Source: Schizochytrium sp. TIO01 (taxonomy: Eukaryota; Protista; Bigyra: Labyrinthulomycetes). From it: DNA of 64,000 bases. Positions 10,511-20,564 of this stretch are shown piece by piece (position 1 is the stretch's first letter; each line of letters begins with the position of its first letter). The stretch is from the NCBI GenBank assembly GCA_004764695.1, contig SMSO01000032.1, forward strand, positions 4,000,483-4,064,482. The letters run 5' to 3'. The position numbers were made by a program, and so were the translations under genes. The notes below the pieces were generated by a model. That model saw only the letters and a list, made by a program, of their open reading frames with translations. It was not told where the DNA came from and did not search any database.

Positions 10511-13317
10511 CATCATTCCCCTCTGAGTATCCATCGGGCGGATGATTTGTTTCAATTCCCCCCTTTACTTGGCTTGTTTGCTTGTTTGCTTCGCTCTTTT
10601 CGTCACTTTTTTATAAAGTTTGGTAGTAGTTCTGTTTCTAATTTTAAAGCAAATTTTAATAAGAAATAACAATGAGTAGCTCGAATGTAATTGTGACCTA
10701 CGTCTTCATGCAAGACATGATATCATGGCCAGATCCTTTGCCCTCTTGGGGAACTGCACTGGCTTTGCATCAAGACGGCCACCTCCAGTGCAGGTTTTGA
10801 CCCCAGTATCCCACTTTCAGATCCAGCTCCACCAAAATAAGTTGAACTTTGGCTTTCATGATACAGCAGCCTGTGCATGAAGACCTTATCCCCCTCCCTC
10901 GAGGAAGAAGTGCCAAGCAACGCTTTTATTATCACCAGACAAGCTTGCATATAGGGTTACTATTACTGAAGTTAACACGCGGTCTTGTATTTGAATTCTC
11001 GTTCAGTGACTTGTATTAGAAGCACTGATTGATATAAGTACTATGATATTGTGTAGTATTGGCCATTCAAGTACAAGAATGGTGTATTTCCGAATTTGGT
11101 CACACTTGATGCTGCGCGGAGTTGGTAAGTTAGTTTCGTTGATTTTTTACATTGAAAGCAAGTTGAAGATCGTTTGGGATTTGCGAGGAGGTCAGCAATG
11201 CCAGCCTTGAATGGGAGCTGACTCCGCTCGACACGCTGCCATGAACCCAACGTGCTCAAAACCAAGACTTAGGCTCCACGCCACAGGATACCCACCACCC
11301 CTGCTGTGAGTGATGTGATTGCGCAAGAAGGTTTGCGCCAGCCTCTATTGCATAAACATTCTGATCTGTTTTTAATTTTATCTTTTTAAAACTAAAATTA
11401 CAATTACAATTGAAATTGATAGGTACCTACGTAGGGCCTAGTAGCACTGAACAGTAGTGAAAAGGGATTAATTAGTATGTATTAGCAAGAAGGAGAGACG
11501 TAGTACGAAGAAGAGAAAGTGCCCAAGAAAGCAGGCCCTCGAAGTGCGCTCAGGGCCTAGTTGAATTGAATTCGATCCGTTACTCCAAGATAGAATAGCG
11601 TTTCTTGGAACAGCGCTGCTTTGAACCGTGTCGCCTACACGGTTTCCACTCCAACCAGGTCTGCCTCCCACGATGCACCGCGAGCTGTCCGAGGAATCCT
11701 GTGTATCGATCGGTCCAATGCGTCTAAGTCTTTCTCCTTGAAAGAGCAACGCGAACTTGCTGGGCGCTCGCAGCGAGGGAGCCCAAGACCAAGACACGGC
11801 AGCAGAGGTGGCAGGAGCAGCAAGACATCAAACCAAGCCAACTGATGGGATGTCGGGAACGGCTTTGAAGAGGAGTCAAAGACCTTCCAGTTCTATGCAC
11901 TTCAAGATTCCTTTCATGTGCTCCTTTTCTCACTGTATGGAAGGGAACTGCGACTTCTTCCTGTTCATTGTTAATTATGAGCTCACAGGGGAAAGATGCG
12001 AAGGGGTGAGTAAGTATCTTCACTATTTTCAAAGCCCTCGCAGCGAAGCCGTGGAGTTAGCTTGGCGAAGAAGCGGTCGCTCTTACACCCCCTCAACTTG
12101 CTGCGTGTCGAGGGTTGGTGAAAGGGAAAGGGACGAAGATCAGCAGAACTAGCACTGGCTTTCACTGTAGGAAATATGTGAAGTATCTCTATCAAGATTC
12201 ATTCTTTGCTTAACCAACTACTGTGGGCTACTTTGATGAGATACATGCAGCTATGGATTAGTGTAACATACGTTTGTGTTTTCCTATGCAGAGATTCTCT
12301 AGGTCCAAATTAAACCCAGACCTATCTATCCCTATATTGCTGCTATGTCTTGAGGATGTTCAGTTTAGTATTTTACTGTGCTTGCTAATCAATCCACTGA
12401 GTTGTATGAAATAAGTAGCTAGATGATAATTTAGTCAATAAATATTTTTAAAAGGAGAAAGGTGAGATATCCAAGGTGTATCTCAATATGAATATTCAAT
12501 TCATTAAACCTTGTGCAATAGACATCTGGATACTTTTAGAATATGTAGATGGGTGAAAATGTATTTCTTCAAAATAGAACTATGTTCTGGCTTATTATGG
12601 CATTTTCTAAGGCCTCGAATCTTACGAAACTACGTTTCTCAGAGTCATACATTTTCATGGTTCGTTCTTTGGAACATTTAGACTTACTTTACGGAAATAG
12701 AACCAAGGATGAATAGGATATAAACAATTGTCTCAAGAAACAAGTATGATTCGAATCAACGAATAATTAGTTAGATACTACCAGATCATTATTGAATTTC
12801 ATATGAAGAGCTTGGTATCAGGAATTCAAGCCTCTCGCTACAGATAGAATCCCTGGGGAAAATAACCGATGATTTCATCAACAGTATCACCTAGTCTCAA
12901 AGCTACACCTATTCAATAGTGAAAAAATTAGCTTAACTTCGACGCCACCATCAAGGTAATTTTTATAAATGAACGTTGCTTCTGTAATTTATTACCGTAA
13001 GGTGTTTCAAAATTTGGAATACCAGCTCGGTCAAAGTTGGTGTCTTTTGAATAACATAACGACAAATTTTCAAACGCGCGAAAGTAAGGTGATCTATAAT
13101 AACAAGACCAAAATATTCGTCCAAGCTTTTTTAAAAAAGCTAAAAAGTTGAGGTCACAAGCTTAAGGAGAAGACAACAAACAAAATGTGTATCAAAATCT
13201 ATTGCAAAATTTTATAGCAAAACATGAGGAGAGGAAAAAGGAGACACCATCTGACCGAGGCAAGGGCACTACCGAGGTCCTTAGGGCCACCTCCTCCTTG
13301 CGAGCTCCACATTTACT

Positions 13318-16300
13318 TTACTGGAGGAGGTAGACACCACGGCGGAGGATCTGCACAACAGAGTCGCGCTCCTCCTCGCGGCCAGTCTCCTGGAGCTTGG
13401 AGATGAGTCCCATAAGACCCTTGAGGATAGCCTTGGGGTCCTGCTGACCAAGAGCCACAACCTGGTTGGAGATGGCGTTGGCACGGATAGTGGCAAGGTG
13501 GCGCTCAATTGCTTGCTTACCCTCCTCAGACTCGAGCCAGTCGCAGACAAGAGAGTCGTTGGACCAGTCCGGAACACTGGAGGTGTAAGTAGCGTTGAAC
13601 ACAGACTCGAGAATCTCGAGCGGGGCGGAGTCGTCCACCTTGGGAGTCTCGGCAGTGCTGTCCGAGGCAGTGGAGCCAGTCACAGAGGCGGCACCAGAGA
13701 CCTGGCTCTCGAGCTCGGTGTTGAGCGCGAGCACCTTCTTGATCTCCTTGACACTCTCGAGCTCTGCCAAGCGGCGGCGGAGACGGCTGTGGAAGAAGCG
13801 ACGGGAAGAAGACCACTCGATGGTCTTGCGGATAACACCCTTCGCCTGCATGCGGCCGGGGCGATCGTGGAGGTCACCAAAGTGAACAGCGATCTGGTGG
13901 AAGATCGGGGTAAGGAGCTTCTCACGCTGGGCAATCTCCTCCTTGAGCTTGGGGGCCTCAGCAGAGTCAGCACCGGCGAGCTTGAGCTTCTCGACGAGCT
14001 CGCGGAGCTTGCTGTCAACGCGGCGAGCGGTGGCAACAACGTCCTTGGTGCGGTACTTGATAGATACAACACCAGCCGGCTCGAGAACACCACCACGGGC
14101 GTCAGTGTCGGCGTACATCTCCATCATGCTGGCGTTAATGGTCTCGTCAACGACGACCCAGGCACCACCGCGGAGCTCACCGAAGGGCGGGATGTACACG
14201 AAGACAGGCTGCTTGTACTCAACGAGGGCATCGACGATGTAGGCACCAAACTTGACAATCTGGTCAAACATGTCGCGAGTACCACCGGAGAATCCACGCC
14301 AGTTGGCAAAGAGCATGAGGGGAAGACCCTCGCGGTTGAAGTCACCAATGGCCTGGGCGGTCTTGTAGGAAGAATCCGGGAACCAAACCTGACCAGCCTG
14401 GTTCCAGATACGCTCCTGCGAGTCCGGGGCAGCAGGGTCAGCCGGGGCACGGGCCTCAACAGTGCGGATCTCGGAGATGATGACACCCATGGGGATCTTT
14501 CCGAGGCGAGCACGGCCAGTAATAACGGTGCGAGCCCAGCCGGAGAGAGTCTCAGTGAAGGAATCCTTATCGAAGAATCCACCAAGGAAGGTCTCCTCAT
14601 CCTTGGCGTAACCGGTCAAGAGCGTACGCGGGTCGTACTCGTTACCAAGGTCACGCGGGTGCACCTCGACATCACGGTCGACGCGGTCGCCGATGGAGAG
14701 GGCAGAGAGGGGAAGAGCAGCTCCGCGGCGCTCCGGGATGTAGGAGAGCCACTTGACCATGGAGGCAACACCCTCGAGGTCGTGGCGCACGCTGAGGTGG
14801 GAGACACCGTTGGCGTACATGACCTTGGTACCACCGAGCTGCAAGTTGGAGGTGTACACGTCGCGGCCCATGAGAGAGTTGAGAGCCTGGTAACCAGTGA
14901 GGAGGATAGGGGCGTTCTTACCCTTCTGCACGACACGCTGGCCGAGACGAATAAGGTAAGCACCGATACCGACAGAGCGACCAGACACGTAGGACAAGGT
15001 GAAGGATTCGTCGTAAGCACGAGCGGTCTCACCGGCAATGGTACCACTGCCACGCAAGTTCTCAACACCAAGATCTGGGGACTCACCGACAATAGCGTTG
15101 AGGCGGAAGTGATCAGTACCCTCAACACGCTCAGCGAGGAGACTCTTGCGACCATCAGGACCAAGCTGGTTGTAAGTATCCTCGTCGACGTAGATGTACT
15201 CGTAACCCTTGGTGGGGTCCTCATCGTTGACCCACTTAACCTGGAAGGCACGCTTGACCTCGTCAGCCATGCCGATGCGGGCACCGGAGTTGGCAGCGAT
15301 GTAAAGACGAGGGAGACCGTTGACACGGGCGTACTTGGAGGCCTGGTCAAAGAGCGCATCCTCACGGGTACCGAAGGATCCGGCCTTGACGGTAATGTCG
15401 TTGGCAATCACGACGACCTCGCGACCCTTGGGGTACTGAGGAGTGCGCATGATGAAGCGCCAGGCAACCATGCCGATGGAGTTGCGGCCGGCCTTACGGT
15501 CCACACGGCAGAGGTGGGGAGCTGCGACAGGGTCAATGAGGTCACCGGCCTCGAAGTCGTCGTCAAGGACGAGCTCCTCGGTCTCCACAAGGAGCTTACG
15601 GGGAGGCATGATCTCCTTAACACCGGTGGAGCTGAGGTACTGGCGCCAAGCAAACTCGATGGACTTGCGGAAGAGATCCGGGAAGTCGTAAGCGAAGGTG
15701 GTGCTGGCAGCGCGGGCGCGGGCACGGCGGTCATCAAACTCATCAGCAACAGGGTAGGGGGTGTAGAGAGGCTTGCCGTGGAGGTTGCCAGTGCTGGCAG
15801 TGCCATCAATGTCAGCCTCGTTGGTACCAAGGCCCATAGCGGCAAGGGCGCCACCAAGGCCACCATCACCCTCAGAGATGGAGTAGTACATGGAGTCCTG
15901 GGGGTTGGTCGGGTCAGAGGCCTCGACGTAAGTATCGATGTTGAGAGCAAAGCCAGTCGGGTTGGAGGCGATGACACGGATGGGCATGCTGGGGGCGCCC
16001 TCAGCAAGAACAGCGTTGACACGGATCTCGAACTCCTCAACATTCTGAGCGATCAAGCGCTTAGCGTAACGGCGGTGAAGAGTGCGGATGATGCCCTCAA
16101 CGTACTCGGCGTTGACGGTGGCAGCATCGCTAAGAACGTTCATGAAGATATGGTTCTTGCGGGCCTTAGCCTTGGAGTCATCCTGGACAGACTCGAGGGC
16201 ACGGAGGGCCTGCACGAAGACACGCTCAGGACCAGGGTAAGCATCGTAAGTGCCAACATCAAGCTTGACGCGCTCGGCCTCGCGGACGAGGGCACGCACG

Positions 16301-19300
16301 AAGAAGCGGCGCATGCCAGCAGAGTTGGTGCTGCCAGAGTTCTTCGGGGTGGCCTCGTACACGTGCACGGCCTGAGAGCGGCTCATGCTGCGACCAATGG
16401 GCACCATGCGAATGTTGAAGTTCGAGAGGCGCTGGAGGTCGAGCTGGAAGGCAAGCGGGGTCTCGATGTTGCGCACGAGGCGGTCCTCCTCAAAGCCAGA
16501 GCTGTTGCGGAAGGTAAAGAAGTGACCACCGTGGCCAGCGACAATGGCGACGTGACGGTCAGCCTCCTCGTACTTGGAGCGCACAACAGCGAAGGTGATA
16601 CGACGAACAAGGTGGTTGTCGAGGATCTCCTTGTGCTTCTGCACAACATCGTAGAGCTCGGCGGAGACATCAGTCTCGCGGTCGAAGGTAGTACCAACAA
16701 CAACGTGCATCACGTTGAGCGGGGTGGTGATCTCCTCAGACTCGCGAGTAGGGAAGTCCTTGACGCCGGTGGCAAGACCAGCCTTAAGCTCGTCCATGTC
16801 CTCGAAGTAGAGAAGCTTGCCCTTGCGGTTCACGTAGGGAGGGACGGAGTTCGAGGGTCCCTCCACAGAAGCGGAGCGAGCCTTGAAGTCGCGGGAGGCG
16901 AGGAGAGACTTGCCAGTAGGGGTGTTGGTGGAGACAGTGGAGGCAGTGGTCACGCCGCGGGACTCGCCAAAAGTGACATTGTCGAGGTCAAGGCCAACGC
17001 TGCTGGTCTCGGCATCGGAGCGGTTGCTGTCATCGTTGACAGAACGGTTGAGGTCAGCAAGGCTGAGACCACCCTGGTTGCTGAGCACACTGGTGAGATC
17101 CTCGAAGGAAGACACGTTGGTGAGCATGGTGCCAGAGGAGCCGCCCATCTGGACGGAGTCGGTGGCCTCAGAGAAGAAGGTGAAGTCGCAGTTGAGGTTG
17201 TGCTTAGAGCTCTCCTGGGTCTTGGTGTCAACCACCTTGTAGGCGGCGTAGACACGCTCGACGTACATGCGGAGAGCAGCTTGGCGAAGGTCAGAGGGCT
17301 GCTCGTTGTAACGAGAGACAATGTCCATGAGGTAAGCAAGAACAGGCTCAGTAGAGTGTACGAGCTCATCATGGGCCTCACCATCGCCCTTCATGACGCG
17401 GGTGAGCTTGTCGGTGACAACCTTGAGCTGCTCGTCGTAGGTGCGCTCCATCTCAATGAGCGATTGGCGAGCCTCGAGAGCGACATCGGTGGTCTTGATG
17501 CCCTGGAGGGCAGCAAGCTCCTGCATGACCTTGGCGCACTCAGTGCGGAGCTTGGAGGCGCCCGGCTTGGCGGAGCGCATGAGGCTATCAAGCTCAGAGA
17601 GGATGCTCATGACAAGGGAGTCACGGGGCTTGCGGGAGTGGTGAGCGAGGGCAAAGCGCTGGACCTTCGGGAGGTCGCTCACGTTCTGGAGACGGAGCTC
17701 CTGGAGTACATCGTCCTTGTCAGCCGCGTCGGAGAGCTCAAGCTCAGCGAACTTGGATTCGACCTCAACGTAGGAGTCAACAAGCTTAGCGAGGATGCGA
17801 GCGTGGAGGAGACCAAGACCCTCGGAGTAAGCCTCAGAGGCCTTGAGGATCTCGCTCACTGACTCAGTGGCGAACTCCTGGGTAGCAGCGTACACATCCT
17901 GGGCAAACTTGGCGGTGTCCTCGATAGTGGCAGCCGGGTCGCGGTTGCGGAACTCACGGCAGAGACTCTCGAGCTTAGAGAGAAGCTTCTTGGGGAGAGC
18001 ATGCTTGGTGCGGGAAAGAATGTTCTCAATCTCAAGGACCGGGAGGAGCGGGCTCTGGAGGGCACTGCGGAGGTCGTTGAGGGCTCCCTCAAGAACGTTC
18101 TCATCAACAGCGTAACCAGCCATGACACAGGCGAGCTTGGTCTGGGCACGCTCGAGAGTGTGGTGGGGCATGTTGCGGAGGGTCTGGGGCCAGGGCTCGC
18201 CAAGAGTGGGGAACTTGCCCTCGAAGAGGGTGGCCTTCTGGACCTTGCTGGGGTCAGCGAGCTCCATGGTACAGATCATGTCACCGGGCTCCATGACGGC
18301 ACCAGCAGTCTTGTGGAGAGTGATGGTACCAGACTCAAGAGCACTGAGGGTCATGTTCATTTTCATGACCTCAATCTCAGCAAAGGCATCGCCCTTCTGG
18401 AGTTTGGCGCCATCCTCTACGAGGTAGCGGAGGAGCTTGCCACCCATCTGAGCACGCATCTGGGTAGGGTCGTACTCATCCTCAAAGAGGCAGGTCTGGC
18501 CATCGATCATGTAGCGCTGAGCACCAACGTCCTCCTTGACGTATGCGACGTGAGAGTGGCCGCCAATGAGCACAAGGAAGCCACCGTCGGCGAGGCAGCG
18601 AAGCTCGGCATCAACAAAGGTGTCGTTGCAGAACAGGCGGTAAGTGGTCTCACCGGTGTGCTTGCCAACGAGCTTGTACTTGACACCCTCGTAGATGAGC
18701 TCGAACTTGTGAGTTTGGTCGAGGAGCTGGGTGGGCGGGAGCTGGCCACGCTCGAGCATGCTGGCGTAATCAGAGGCGCGGGCGGCGATCTCGCGGTGGG
18801 CCGTGCACACACCACCAACGATGGCAATGGTGAGCGGGTCCATCTTGGAGACGGCAACGTTGCGCTTGATACGGGCGTCGAGCCAAGCAGTGTTGAACTT
18901 GTTGGCAACGTAGTCTTCGGACTCAATAAGGTCCTTGAGGTACTCGATGGTGGTACGGATCTCACCACGAATGGAAAGGTCGTGGAGGGCCATGGCGAGG
19001 TTACGGCGGGACTCCTCACGAGTCTCACCCCAAGCAAAAACATGACCAATCTGGGAGTCAGCAAACTCGTGAACACGACCAGAACTGTCAACACTGAAGT
19101 AACCCCAAACGTTGCGGGAGCTGCGGAAGTTGATTTCAGTAATCTGACCGATGGTAGGCTGGAATCCGTTGAAGGGGTTCTCAGCAGTAATACGAGCAGC
19201 GATGGTGTGGCCGCGAGTGATGCTCTTGACGGTGCCGTTCTCACGGTACTCATCCTCGAAGTCAATGACTTCGTCAGCATAGAGGTCCTCACAACCGTAG

Positions 19301-20451
19301 AAGCGGCGGATGTCCGGGATGCGGTAGAGGGGGATACCCATGGCAATCTGGATCTGGCAGGCAGGTACGTTGGTTCCGGTGATCATCTCAGTGACAGGGT
19401 GCTCAACCTGGAGACGCGGGTTGAGCTCCAAGAAGAAGAACTTATCGTTGTCGTCGTAAAGGTACTCGACGGTACCGGCGTTGACGTAGCCAACCTCCTT
19501 GGCAAGACGGATGGCAGCGTGCTCCATCTGCTTCCAGACATCGGGCTTGGCGGCAACGGGGGGACCCTCCTCGAGAATCTTCTGGTGACGACGCTGTACA
19601 GAGCAGTCACGTCCGCTGAGAGCGATGGCGTTACCGTACTCGTCAGCAATGAGCTGAACCTCCAAGTGGCGAGCACGCTCGGCGAGACGCATGATGAAGA
19701 TAGGGGATCCGGGGACCTCAGATTGGACCTGGCGAAAGCATGCCTCGACCTTGGAGTAGTCGTCGACAAGACGGATACCCTTACCACCACCACCTTCACT
19801 GGCCTTGATCATGACGGGAACACCAATCTTCTCGATCTGCTTCAAGGCTTCCTCTACAGTCTGAACGTTAGCCTCATCGAAGATCTCGTCGGAGACACCG
19901 CCATCGTTCTTGTAGTTCACACGGATGTCAGAACCGTTCCAGGCAATCATGGGGCAGTCACAGGACTGAGCGATAATGCTGCTCATAATCTTGTCACCAA
20001 GAGCGTTCATGGGGCCAGCAGGGGGGCCAACAAAAATGATGCCAAGCTCGGCGAGGGTGCTCGGGAGCAAAGGGTTCTCACTGGCGTGACCCCAGCCAGC
20101 CCACACGGCATCGACCTTGTACTGCTGAGCGACCTCGACGATTAAGCTGACGTTGGCGTAGTTGTTGACGTTGGAGCCTCCGGGCACGTGGCAAACCTGG
20201 TCGGCAGCGCGGATGTACTCAGCGTTGGCGCTAAGATCCTCAGGGGTGGCCATGGCCACAATGGTGATCTCCTTCTCATTCTGAAAGGTAGAGTAGCACC
20301 AGTTGCGAAGGGAGCGAATTGCCTTTGCGCCGGCCATACCGTTAGTGGCAAGAAGGAGCTTCTTGATCACACGCTTACCGCCCTGCTTCTGGACGTAATC
20401 CTCCATGTTGGGGAAAGAACGGGGTTGCTTGTTGTTGTTGTTGCCCTCCAT
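13318..20451 (-). CDS. ACC1: Multidomain cytosolic acetyl-CoA carboxylase (BC-BCCP-central-CT), 2377 aa, intronless CDS
   Basis: BC motifs (VPGGSNVNNYANV, WAGWGHASENP, KASEGGGGKGIR, ELNPRLQVEHPVTE), biotinylation site EVMKM, and CT motifs (ANSGARIG, GVENLRGSG, AGQVWFPDS, ANWRGFSGG). Strong GC3 codon bias. No transit peptide. Confidence 0.98.
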   Translation of the reverse strand: MEGNNNNKQPRSFPNMEDYVQKQGGKRVIKKLLLATNGMAGAKAIRSLRNWCYSTFQNEKEITIVAMATPEDLSANAEYIRAADQVCHVPGGSNVNNYANVSLIVEVAQQYKVDAVWAGWGHASENPLLPSTLAELGIIFVGPPAGPMNALGDKIMSSIIAQSCDCPMIAWNGSDIRVNYKNDGGVSDEIFDEANVQTVEEALKQIEKIGVPVMIKASEGGGGKGIRLVDDYSKVEACFRQVQSEVPGSPIFIMRLAERARHLEVQLIADEYGNAIALSGRDCSVQRRHQKILEEGPPVAAKPDVWKQMEHAAIRLAKEVGYVNAGTVEYLYDDNDKFFFLELNPRLQVEHPVTEMITGTNVPACQIQIAMGIPLYRIPDIRRFYGCEDLYADEVIDFEDEYRENGTVKSITRGHTIAARITAENPFNGFQPTIGQITEINFRSSRNVWGYFSVDSSGRVHEFADSQIGHVFAWGETREESRRNLAMALHDLSIRGEIRTTIEYLKDLIESEDYVANKFNTAWLDARIKRNVAVSKMDPLTIAIVGGVCTAHREIAARASDYASMLERGQLPPTQLLDQTHKFELIYEGVKYKLVGKHTGETTYRLFCNDTFVDAELRCLADGGFLVLIGGHSHVAYVKEDVGAQRYMIDGQTCLFEDEYDPTQMRAQMGGKLLRYLVEDGAKLQKGDAFAEIEVMKMNMTLSALESGTITLHKTAGAVMEPGDMICTMELADPSKVQKATLFEGKFPTLGEPWPQTLRNMPHHTLERAQTKLACVMAGYAVDENVLEGALNDLRSALQSPLLPVLEIENILSRTKHALPKKLLSKLESLCREFRNRDPAATIEDTAKFAQDVYAATQEFATESVSEILKASEAYSEGLGLLHARILAKLVDSYVEVESKFAELELSDAADKDDVLQELRLQNVSDLPKVQRFALAHHSRKPRDSLVMSILSELDSLMRSAKPGASKLRTECAKVMQELAALQGIKTTDVALEARQSLIEMERTYDEQLKVVTDKLTRVMKGDGEAHDELVHSTEPVLAYLMDIVSRYNEQPSDLRQAALRMYVERVYAAYKVVDTKTQESSKHNLNCDFTFFSEATDSVQMGGSSGTMLTNVSSFEDLTSVLSNQGGLSLADLNRSVNDDSNRSDAETSSVGLDLDNVTFGESRGVTTASTVSTNTPTGKSLLASRDFKARSASVEGPSNSVPPYVNRKGKLLYFEDMDELKAGLATGVKDFPTRESEEITTPLNVMHVVVGTTFDRETDVSAELYDVVQKHKEILDNHLVRRITFAVVRSKYEEADRHVAIVAGHGGHFFTFRNSSGFEEDRLVRNIETPLAFQLDLQRLSNFNIRMVPIGRSMSRSQAVHVYEATPKNSGSTNSAGMRRFFVRALVREAERVKLDVGTYDAYPGPERVFVQALRALESVQDDSKAKARKNHIFMNVLSDAATVNAEYVEGIIRTLHRRYAKRLIAQNVEEFEIRVNAVLAEGAPSMPIRVIASNPTGFALNIDTYVEASDPTNPQDSMYYSISEGDGGLGGALAAMGLGTNEADIDGTASTGNLHGKPLYTPYPVADEFDDRRARARAASTTFAYDFPDLFRKSIEFAWRQYLSSTGVKEIMPPRKLLVETEELVLDDDFEAGDLIDPVAAPHLCRVDRKAGRNSIGMVAWRFIMRTPQYPKGREVVVIANDITVKAGSFGTREDALFDQASKYARVNGLPRLYIAANSGARIGMADEVKRAFQVKWVNDEDPTKGYEYIYVDEDTYNQLGPDGRKSLLAERVEGTDHFRLNAIVGESPDLGVENLRGSGTIAGETARAYDESFTLSYVSGRSVGIGAYLIRLGQRVVQKGKNAPILLTGYQALNSLMGRDVYTSNLQLGGTKVMYANGVSHLSVRHDLEGVASMVKWLSYIPERRGAALPLSALSIGDRVDRDVEVHPRDLGNEYDPRTLLTGYAKDEETFLGGFFDKDSFTETLSGWARTVITGRARLGKIPMGVIISEIRTVEARAPADPAAPDSQERIWNQAGQVWFPDSSYKTAQAIGDFNREGLPLMLFANWRGFSGGTRDMFDQIVKFGAYIVDALVEYKQPVFVYIPPFGELRGGAWVVVDETINASMMEMYADTDARGGVLEPAGVVSIKYRTKDVVATARRVDSKLRELVEKLKLAGADSAEAPKLKEEIAQREKLLTPIFHQIAVHFGDLHDRPGRMQAKGVIRKTIEWSSSRRFFHSRLRRRLAELESVKEIKKVLALNTELESQVSGAASVTGSTASDSTAETPKVDDSAPLEILESVFNATYTSSVPDWSNDSLVCDWLESEEGKQAIERHLATIRANAISNQVVALGQQDPKAILKGLMGLISKLQETGREEERDSVVQILRRGVYLLQ

Positions 20452-20481
20452 CTTGCTTCAAGATTTGTTGCTGCTGTGCTG

Positions 20482-20564
20482 CTGACGTCAGAAATACAGA
20501 AAAAATCAAAGAGAATTGAAAAAAACAGAAAGCTTTGCTGCAACAAGTGGGAACGTGTTTGTAC
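20482..20564 (-). other. Predicted 5'UTR intron of ACC (83 nt)
   Basis: Minus-strand donor G|GTACAA at 20564. A pyrimidine tract ending ...TTTCTGACGTCAG|CAG sits 30 nt upstream of the ATG. Confidence 0.5.

Noticed and set aside
11468-12195. Overlapping short ORFs between the cyclin and ACC
   Set aside because: No recognisable motif and no consistent frame.
13498-20145. Very long antisense ORFs (1454 aa and 714 aa) opposite ACC
   Set aside because: They mirror ACC codons. Strong codon bias (avoidance of TTA/CTA/TCA) removes antisense stops, and the translations show no recognisable domains.
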